Assembly: GCA_020160975.1 (NCBI GenBank)
Contig: JAIUPJ010000001.1
Coordinates: 270,001 to 302,000, forward strand
Source of the DNA: Candidatus Saccharimonadota bacterium
GTDB taxonomy: Bacteria; Patescibacteriota; Saccharimonadia; Saccharimonadales; Saccharimonadaceae
Direction of reading: 5' to 3'
DNA length: 32,000 bases
The translations under genes were made by a program, and so were the position numbers. The notes beneath the pieces were generated by a model. That model worked only from the letters and a program-made list of their open reading frames with translations, made no database searches and was not told the DNA's origin. Below, in pieces: positions 8,825-15,027 of the stretch. Positions within the stretch are counted from its first letter, which is position 1. Every line of letters starts with the position of its first letter.

Positions 8825-9421
8825 CTATTCTGTTACGCCGAGCTCAATACGTTTGAACTGCGCGACACGAATATTCTCGCCGCTCTTTGCGATCTGCTCT
8901 TTGATATGATCGCCGACAGACTTACTGTCATCGAGAATATATGCCTGCTCGCTCAATACTTGCTCGGCAAAATGCTTCTTGAGCTGGCCCTCGACGATTT
9001 GCTCCCGCATGCTTTCAGGCTTCTTCTTCAGGTCATCACTCTCAAGCAGCTCTTTCTTCTTGGCTTCCATAACGTCCCCCGGAATATCTTCCATGGTGCT
9101 ATAGACTGGACTCATCGCCGCAATCTGCATAGCGATCTGGTGCGCAAACTCCTTAAATTCGGGGAGGCGTGCCACAAAATCAGTCTCACAGTTTACCTCT
9201 ACAACTACACCAATACGGTTACCATGCACGTAGCTGTCAATTATGCCTTCGCGGGTCTCGCGATCACCTTTTTTCTCGGCCTTTGTCAGACCTTTTTTGC
9301 GCATGGCTTCGAGCGCTTTGTCGAAATTGCCATCGGCTTCGACTAGTGCTGCCTTAGCGTCGGTCAGGCCAACACCAGTCAGTTCTTTTAGTTTCTTGAT
9401 GTCATCGATTGAAATAGACAT
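8825..9421 (-). CDS. tsf: Translation elongation factor Ts (short form)
   Basis: N-terminal UBA-like IKKLKELTGVGLTDAKAAL. I place the start at ATG 9421 (MSISIDD...), preceded by SD GAAAGGA. Confidence 0.9.
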   Translation of the reverse strand: MSISIDDIKKLKELTGVGLTDAKAALVEADGNFDKALEAMRKKGLTKAEKKGDRETREGIIDSYVHGNRIGVVVEVNCETDFVARLPEFKEFAHQIAMQIAAMSPVYSTMEDIPGDVMEAKKKELLESDDLKKKPESMREQIVEGQLKKHFAEQVLSEQAYILDDSKSVGDHIKEQIAKSGENIRVAQFKRIELGVTE

Positions 9422-9434
9422 GTAAAATCCTTTC

Positions 9435-9490
9435 AAATTTATCAGGTTACAGGTTGCATTTTACAGAAATTTATCAGGTTACAGGTTGCA
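9435..9490 (-). repeat. Two perfect 24-nt direct repeats (period 32 nt) in the rpsB-tsf intergenic spacer
   Basis: AAATTTATCAGGTTACAGGTTGCA occurs at 9435-9458 and again at 9467-9490. Confidence 0.9.
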
Positions 9491-9553
9491 GATGTTTGCC
9501 TCCTGCTACCTGTAAAATCTCTGCCCTCCTGCCGCCTGCTACCTTTTTCTTAA

Positions 9554-10246
9554 TTACTCTTTACTCTTTCCTTCTCCCGCTGCAGCGACAAAATAGTCTA
9601 GCATAAGCTGGAGGCCTTTGATTGCATCGTCGTTACCTGGAATCGGATAGTCGACAAAATCAGGGTTTGCATTTGTATCCACAACACCCACGACTGGAAC
9701 GCCGAGATTCTTGGCTTCACGCACGGCGTTTGCGTCGACCAGCGTGTCGAGTACGACCACCACACCTGGCTTACCGTTGAGATCCTTGATGCCACTATAC
9801 TTGAGGTTCAATGCGTCGATTTCTTCCTGAAAACGCTGTACCTCAAGCTTGTTGTAGCGCTTTTCTAGGTCGCCGTTTGCCATACGCTTTTCGAGGTCTT
9901 TGAGCTTCTTGATCTGTGCGCTGGTGGTTGCGACATTCGTCAGCATACCGCCAACCCATCGTTCGGTGACGTATGGCTGGCCAGCTTTTTCGGCCGCAGC
10001 TTTCACAATGTCTTTAGCTTGTTTTTTGGTGCCGACAAATAGTACCGACTTGCCGCTAGCAGCAACTTTGGTGATGACCGGTAGCGCTTTGTCGAGTGCC
10101 TCAACAGTCTTTGCCAGATCGATGACATGCGCATCCTGACGTTTGCTATGAATGTATGGCGCCATCTTTGGGTGCCAACGACTTGTTTTGTGTCCGAAAT
10201 GAACACCGGCTTCATACAAAGCCTTGATATCGACTTCAACAGCCAT
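9554..10246 (-). CDS. rpsB: 30S ribosomal protein S2
   Basis: 230 aa. GVHFGHKTSRWHPKM... is typical of S2. SD GAAGGGAGAAGG is upstream. Confidence 0.95.
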   Translation of the reverse strand: MAVEVDIKALYEAGVHFGHKTSRWHPKMAPYIHSKRQDAHVIDLAKTVEALDKALPVITKVAASGKSVLFVGTKKQAKDIVKAAAEKAGQPYVTERWVGGMLTNVATTSAQIKKLKDLEKRMANGDLEKRYNKLEVQRFQEEIDALNLKYSGIKDLNGKPGVVVVLDTLVDANAVREAKNLGVPVVGVVDTNANPDFVDYPIPGNDDAIKGLQLMLDYFVAAAGEGKSKE

Positions 10247-10263
10247 GATATCCTTCTCCCTTC

Positions 10264-10298
10264 ATCTCGCATCCTATAGCAGGATATCCATGCGAGAT
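10264..10298 (-). promoter_or_regulatory. rpsB 5' leader hairpin immediately upstream of the SD
   Basis: ATCTCGCAT (10264-10272) pairs with ATGCGAGAT (10290-10298), with inner CCT/AGG pairing. It sits between the predicted promoter and the SD. S2 autoregulatory leaders are known in other bacteria. Confidence 0.35.
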
Positions 10299-10327
10299 TG
10301 TTTCGTTAAAAATTTGTTACAGAGGTG

Positions 10328-10356
10328 ATTATAGCAAGTTTCGAGACATATAACAA
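10328..10356 (-). promoter_or_regulatory. Sigma-70-type promoter for rpsB-tsf
   Basis: On the minus strand: TTGTTA (10356-10351), a 17-nt spacer, then TATAAT (10333-10328). Confidence 0.55.
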
Positions 10357-10369
10357 GAGGCCGTTAGGC

Positions 10370-11530
10370 CTATCGGTTGCCCTTGGCGCGGTTGTGAGGT
10401 TTGCAGAGCATCTCGCAGTTGACTATATCCGTGCCGCCGCCTTTACTCCAGGCGCTTACGTGGTCAGCGTCCATGTCTTTGAGCGCCCATACCTTAGATT
10501 TGTTGGCATCGTGCCCGATAGCACAGTACGAACAGTTGGATACTCCTTCTGTCTCGGCTTTTTTGGTTTGCGTCGTGTAGACGGACTTTTTCGTTGCTTC
10601 GTCAAATACGCGCACGTCAAGCAGTTTCGTGTCAGCTTCCCCGGCCAGTACGAACTCAAATATTCCCTTGCGGTTTTTTACGTACGGGTCGCCATACAGT
10701 TCTTGTACGCGCGCCCACAGCGTCGTCGGGTTGTACGACTGTGCATGATATGTTTCGTACAGCCTGCCCCACTCGAGGCCGCGCATTTCGCTTTCAGTGC
10801 CGGCAAATACCGTGTTCGCCCACTCTATCACCGTGTCAAAATACGTCTTTAGCTCGCGGATGTTATCGTCGTAGCGGTGCTGGCTCATGTAGTCTCCCGT
10901 GTTGCCGCGGCTCACCCAATCGAGCGCGACTGCTAGGAAATCTTGGCGGTTGGCACTTCCGCTCACGTACGTGCTCCATTTTTGGATATTGCTGTTTTGG
11001 CTGTTGCTGAACTCTTGTTTGGCGAGCGTCACGAACGGACCGCTATACACGGCATTCATTAATTCTTGTTGGTTGAGTGGCACGCCGGCGATATTGATAG
11101 TGCGAAACCAATCCTTTATCTCGCTCTCGGTACCGCTGCATTCGTAGATGAGCAAGCGGCTGTTCAGTATGAGCTCTTGCTTGTCACGTGCTATCCCGCT
11201 AAAATACTGCTCCATTCCGTCGATCTTGACGGCAAACTTGCCCGTAACGAACCGCCCGATGCTGGTGATGCGCTGCTGGCCATCCAACACTTCGTATGTG
11301 TCGTCGCCCGTACAGTTGAGATATATCAAACCTAGCGGATAACCGCGCAGCAAGCTCTCAATCACCGCCACGTCGCGCTTGCCGTCGGCGTAAATGTAAT
11401 TGCGCTGATATTCCGGCTGGATTGTCAGCTTGCCACCCAGTCCAAACAGCCCCTTGCCTTCGAGTTCGTTATACACGAAACCATCGACGATTTCGCGAAC
11501 GGTTGTGTTTGTCCAGAGATTAGTAATCAT
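10370..11530 (-). CDS. DUF262 (GmrSD N-terminal/ParB-like NTPase fold) domain protein fused to a C-terminal HNH endonuclease
   Basis: The N-terminal half carries [13 protein letters not shown] (the DGQQR hallmark of DUF262). The C-terminus is CSYCAIG...[33 protein letters not shown] (HNH beta-beta-alpha-metal finger). Its start overlaps the upstream stop (TAATG). Confidence 0.75.
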   Translation of the reverse strand: MITNLWTNTTVREIVDGFVYNELEGKGLFGLGGKLTIQPEYQRNYIYADGKRDVAVIESLLRGYPLGLIYLNCTGDDTYEVLDGQQRITSIGRFVTGKFAVKIDGMEQYFSGIARDKQELILNSRLLIYECSGTESEIKDWFRTINIAGVPLNQQELMNAVYSGPFVTLAKQEFSNSQNSNIQKWSTYVSGSANRQDFLAVALDWVSRGNTGDYMSQHRYDDNIRELKTYFDTVIEWANTVFAGTESEMRGLEWGRLYETYHAQSYNPTTLWARVQELYGDPYVKNRKGIFEFVLAGEADTKLLDVRVFDEATKKSVYTTQTKKAETEGVSNCSYCAIGHDANKSKVWALKDMDADHVSAWSKGGGTDIVNCEMLCKPHNRAKGNR

Positions 11531-11832
11531 TACTTTTTACCGAATTTTTTGCCAAGCTTCATGATTGCCTCAAGTTTTTCGGGATCAAGATTACCCATCA
11601 AATCAATTGCCGCTCCCATAGTCTCAACCTTTTCTTTTGTGATTTCTTGGCTTTGCAGCTTTGATATTTCGTCACGAAGCATTTCGGCTAATTCAATCAG
11701 TTTTGCGTTCTTTTCAACAACTACGTCATATGCCGCTTTATCGTAAGTTTTGTTTTCCTTATATTTAGAATAACTACCTTTTGCCTCGGCAATAATTTTA
11801 TCTACCCCTAGACTTATACTAATTTCGCTCAT
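11530..11832 (-). CDS. Hypothetical 100-aa Lys/Glu-rich predicted coiled-coil protein (no recognisable family)
   Basis: The ORF is coupled on both sides: ATGA overlap with the methyltransferase stop and TAATG overlap with the nuclease start. No TM segment, HTH or catalytic motif is visible. Confidence 0.6.
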   Translation of the reverse strand: MSEISISLGVDKIIAEAKGSYSKYKENKTYDKAAYDVVVEKNAKLIELAEMLRDEISKLQSQEITKEKVETMGAAIDLMGNLDPEKLEAIMKLGKKFGKK

Positions 11833-13013
11833 TTTTCCTCCCTCTTTTGTTTAATTAAAATTCTAGAATACACTTTCCTTCTTCCTACTACACCAACACC
11901 TTGTCCTGCTCCTTCTGCGCCAGGTACGTTGGGTATGAACTTTAGTGACTGCAGTATATCTTTCGGCATGTTTGCATACGAGTTTCCGCTTGCTTGCCAC
12001 AAAATTTCAAATTGATCAGGGTTATATTTGTCTAAAAAGCTAATTGGTACGCCCATTGCTCCATTATAATCACTAGGGATTGCATCGGTGAATGGTACTT
12101 CTATGGCATCGTAGTTGTCATATTTTTTGTACGCCGTGTCGCTTTTTTGTACCTTTTTGTTGAACTTCTGGTTGTCCGCCATCGTCATGAGACTGAGAGG
12201 CTGATGGCGGCGACCGTGGTCGATATTTGTAAACCAGTTCACATTGCGGAATTTTACCAGTCCTGTTTTTTCATCATAAACACCGCTCGCAAAATCACGA
12301 ACATTCGGCGTTGCAAAGTACGCGTTGCCTGCATTAAAGCCGTTGCCGAGCCACATCTTATTTTCTTTGATAAGCGGGAAAATTTCTTTGTAAGTAATAG
12401 CATTCATGTTGCCAATAATCGAAAATTTCTTGCCATGTTCTACGAGCTGAGAAACGTATTCACGGAACAGACTGAACGGCGGATTCGTTACCACGACGTC
12501 GGATTGTTTGAGCAACTCGATGCATTCTTGACTACGGAAATCACCATCACCTGCAAGCGGTGTCCACTCGTTGTTTTTATTTGCTTTTAGCTGCTCGGCG
12601 ATATCCGCTAGGCTAAATGAGCCGTCGTTGTTATAGTCGCTGACTTCGTTGATAATAAGTTTGTTCGCGGTAGGTTTCGGCCTACCTTTTTCGACAGTCT
12701 TGTCCTCGACGTCAGGAATTAGCGAAAGCTGGGTGTTGGCAATCGGGCTGGGCTTGTAGCTGGTCGTGATGAGCCGCTTTAGCCCCAAGCGATTAAAATT
12801 CAATACGAAATACCGAAAGAAATTACTCTCGAAAGGATCGTCGCAGTTGCAGTACACCACCTTGCCGCGGAACGTGTCCGGGTCATACTCTAGGTAGGCT
12901 TCCATTTCCTTTTGGATGTCTGGAAACTGAGTATAAAACTCGTCGTTTTTTGCTTTTTTCGCGCTTGTGAGATTGCTGTTTGCCATACGGACCTTATTAT
13001 ACACTTTTGACAT
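11829..13013 (-). CDS. N6-adenine DNA methyltransferase, EcoRI-methylase-family-like
   Basis: KNDEFYTQ near the N-terminus, CNCDDPFES, VVVTNPPFS (NPPF catalytic motif IV) and GVPISFLDKYNPDQFEI. An alternative start at ATG 12986 (MANSNL...) has TATAAT 9 nt upstream. Confidence 0.75.
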   Translation of the reverse strand: MSKVYNKVRMANSNLTSAKKAKNDEFYTQFPDIQKEMEAYLEYDPDTFRGKVVYCNCDDPFESNFFRYFVLNFNRLGLKRLITTSYKPSPIANTQLSLIPDVEDKTVEKGRPKPTANKLIINEVSDYNNDGSFSLADIAEQLKANKNNEWTPLAGDGDFRSQECIELLKQSDVVVTNPPFSLFREYVSQLVEHGKKFSIIGNMNAITYKEIFPLIKENKMWLGNGFNAGNAYFATPNVRDFASGVYDEKTGLVKFRNVNWFTNIDHGRRHQPLSLMTMADNQKFNKKVQKSDTAYKKYDNYDAIEVPFTDAIPSDYNGAMGVPISFLDKYNPDQFEILWQASGNSYANMPKDILQSLKFIPNVPGAEGAGQGVGVVGRRKVYSRILIKQKREEK

Positions 13014-13035
13014 TCCTAGGTTCCTCTGATAAACT
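13007..13035 (+). promoter_or_regulatory. Promoter for rpmE, giving a near-leaderless transcript
   Basis: TTGACA (13007-13012), a 17-nt spacer, TAAACT (13030-13035), then only 9 nt to ATG 13045 with no SD. The -35 lies inside the first codons of the divergent methyltransferase ORF. Confidence 0.55.
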
Positions 13036-13044
13036 ATTCAAGTT

Positions 13045-13362
13045 ATGAAAAGCAGTATTCACCCACAAAACTACCGCCTGGTCGTATTTAGCGACGAACT
13101 AGCAGGCTTTAGCTTTCTGACCAAATCGACCGCCTCGACAACCGAGACGATCAAATGGGAAGATGGCAACGAGTACCCTCTCGTAAAGGTACACATCTCA
13201 TCAAAATCTCACCCGTTCTTCACTGGTGAAGAGAAGATTATCGACACCGAAGGTCGTGTCGACCGCTTTGCAGCACGCATGAAAGCTGCTGAAGAGCGCA
13301 AGGCCGCCCTGGCCGCAAAGGCGAAGAAGGCCAACGCCAAAAAAGCCGCCAAGGCAGAATAA
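13045..13362 (+). CDS. rpmE: 50S ribosomal protein L31, type B (no CxxC zinc motif), with a Lys/Ala-rich C-terminal tail
   Basis: [15 protein letters not shown]...HPFFTG...GRVDRF is typical of L31. There are no Cys pairs. The tail is [26 protein letters not shown]. Confidence 0.9.
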   Translation: MKSSIHPQNYRLVVFSDELAGFSFLTKSTASTTETIKWEDGNEYPLVKVHISSKSHPFFTGEEKIIDTEGRVDRFAARMKAAEERKAALAAKAKKANAKKAAKAE

Positions 13363-13367
13363 ATCGC

Positions 13368-13396
13368 AAAAAACCGCTCGCACTCGTGAGCGGTTT
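13368..13396. terminator. Bidirectional intrinsic terminator between the convergent rpmE and the hypothetical gene
   Basis: AAAAACCGCTC...GAGCGGTTTTT: a GC stem flanked by an A-tract and a T-tract. Confidence 0.7.
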
Positions 13397-13416
13397 TTGG
13401 TTATCAACTAGCGCTA

Positions 13417-14028
13417 CTATTTTCGATTTACAGCGAGTTGGCACGTGCTATCCTCTAGCACCTTTGGCATAAGTCGCTGAAACTCTTTCACCTCTTCAGG
13501 AGTAGGAACATACAGCAACGGATTTGCCATCACAATAATACCAGGCTGGTCATCATCGACCTTTGGCGTCACTCGAAATCGTACTTTTCTACGACCAAGC
13601 TTATCTTCGTCGCCAATTGCCACCGCCTCTAGTTTTGGTTCTGCGCCCAACACGATCCAGTCTTTATAAAACAACGTCGTCTTGCCTGACGCCGTATCAG
13701 GCTCAGACATAACTGCAATAGCATGCGCCTTATCTACAAACATTTGTCCATCATGACCAATCCGAATCTCTGGCTCAAGGTGCGGGATATTATCAATCCA
13801 TTCTTCTTGTCGATACATTTTGAGCTCATGGAAGTGACTCCACAGCCGCTCAATCACATCGCGGTACTCATAACTTTCACCGTAGAGACGCTGACAAAAC
13901 TGCTGCGGTGTTTCATCAGGTGCCCGCTGTTCAACAGCTTGTCTAAGCCCACCATAAAACATGTCGGGGAGTCGACCGCTTGCAGGAGAATAAAGATCAA
14001 TTGTCGAACGCTGCGCTACCTCTGTCAT
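13417..14028 (-). CDS. Hypothetical protein (about 203 aa), no recognisable family
   Basis: A long ORF. I place the start at ATG 14028 (MTEVAQRS...) because the 34 codons upstream in the track ORF are merely the antisense of the prfA-like fragment. Confidence 0.5.
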   Translation of the reverse strand: MTEVAQRSTIDLYSPASGRLPDMFYGGLRQAVEQRAPDETPQQFCQRLYGESYEYRDVIERLWSHFHELKMYRQEEWIDNIPHLEPEIRIGHDGQMFVDKAHAIAVMSEPDTASGKTTLFYKDWIVLGAEPKLEAVAIGDEDKLGRRKVRFRVTPKVDDDQPGIIVMANPLLYVPTPEEVKEFQRLMPKVLEDSTCQLAVNRK

Positions 14029-14058
14029 GATAGATATTTTATAATAGAAAACACTGGT

Positions 14059-14154
14059 ATGCCAAAAATCAGTCTCAACCTTGCCGAACTCCAATCCGAG
14101 AAGCAATCGCTCGGCGATTTTTTGGCGCAAGCGGATGGTTACTTGCTATACTGA
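14059..14154 (+). pseudogene. Truncated, diverged duplicate of the prfA 5' end (31 codons then stop)
   Basis: It encodes [31 protein letters not shown], against [31 protein letters not shown]... for the true prfA at 15028. TATAAT (14040-14045) is upstream. Confidence 0.75.
14096..14130 (+). repeat. Direct repeat copy 1 (35 nt; 34/35 identical to 15065-15099)
   Basis: CCGAGAAGCAATCGCTCGGCGATTTTTTGGCGCAA. The last 27 nt are identical in both copies. Confidence 0.9.
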
Positions 14155-14181
14155 TCACAGTGATTTATAAGGAGATCCTGC

Positions 14182-14514
14182 ATGCAACCTAGCGCCCAGC
14201 CAGCACCTACTATCTATACGCCAGAGCAAGTCGAGGCAATCAGACGCAGTAACAAGAAAAAGCTAATTTGGGGACTTGTTTGTCTAATAGCGCCGACTGC
14301 GCTGTTGATCATTACTATCATTGGCTACGCTATAATTAACTTCGTCATTGGCTCATTTTCTTCATCCAATCAAGAAAGTGCCTTTGCTCAACCATCTACT
14401 GCGCATACCATTGGCAATGTCATTATATTTTTAATCGGTGCGATCTCGACCCTCACATGGCTTCCAGGTATTATTGGTGGCATCATTTTGCTTGCGACTC
14501 GCAAGAAGGTATAG
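14182..14514 (+). CDS. Hypothetical small membrane protein (110 aa, 2-3 predicted TM segments)
   Basis: A strong SD (AAGGAG) lies 7 nt upstream. Hydrophobic segments: LIWGLVCLIAPTALLIITIIGYAIINFVIG and IGNVIIFLIGAISTLTWLPGIIGGIILLA. Confidence 0.6.
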   Translation: MQPSAQPAPTIYTPEQVEAIRRSNKKKLIWGLVCLIAPTALLIITIIGYAIINFVIGSFSSSNQESAFAQPSTAHTIGNVIIFLIGAISTLTWLPGIIGGIILLATRKKV

Positions 14515-15009
14515 CTAAGGGCGAAATACTTTTCTTATCGAGCATACGCACCGTTATCTGGCGTTGCGACATCAAGTATTGTTATCTCTAGAGCTGCGAT
14601 ACCTTTCTTGGCGGGATACCGTCGAGATCGAATCATAGCAAGCACCCATTGCCTTATCGCTACAGTCGGATCGATACTTGGATTGATTACTCTTTTGTCT
14701 GCGAACCAACGGCACGCAACTCAAGATATCATAGGGCTTGCCCCCTACGCGCCAAAGCGATTCGGTCGCTTATCTATGGACTTGTCGGTGTTTTCCGCCT
14801 GCCACTCTTTTCAACGCTTCTCTTGAACTGTCAATTTGGACGTAGCGATGTCTCTGAAGCAATTTAGTTTAAAATCAGCTTGAGCCTACTGCAACTCTTG
14901 GCACTTCCTGTAGTAACCGGACTCATAGTGATTGGGCTCGTCTACTACAATAAAAAATCATCCGGTCTTTTGAACAACCCAAATTAGGCATATCTACCTC
15001 TGTTGAATG

Positions 15010-15018
15010 TGATATACT
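15010..15018 (+). promoter_or_regulatory. Extended -10 promoter element for prfA (near-leaderless)
   Basis: TGATATACT (TGn + TATACT) ends 9 nt before ATG 15028. There is no SD. Confidence 0.45.
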
Positions 15019-15027
15019 ACAAGTAGC

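Noticed and set aside
8564-9346. 260-aa + strand ORF, along with other long antisense ORFs (1824-2297, 3036-3479, 5268-5759, 10325-10852, 12147-12590, 15400-15795, 16166-16612, 23696-24226, 25556-26140)
   Set aside because: Each lies antisense to a CDS with clear family motifs (tsf/DAGK, proS, rseP, frr, nuclease, MTase, prfA, prmC, galU, GATase/ileS). None has recognisable motifs of its own. They are shadow ORFs.
9435-9490. Possible CRISPR array (identical 24-nt repeats with 8-nt spacing)
   Set aside because: There are only two copies, the spacer is far too short, there are no cas genes, and the repeats sit inside the rpsB-tsf transcript.
13723-14154. 143-aa + strand ORF ending in [31 protein letters not shown]
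   Set aside because: Most of it is antisense to the better-supported minus-strand ORF 13417-14028. Only its last 31 codons, the prfA-like fragment, are meaningful.
14621-14635. tRNA T-arm-like string GTCGAGATCGAATC
   Set aside because: There is no flanking complementary stem, acceptor stem or anticodon arm. It lies in the degraded membrane-protein paralogue region.
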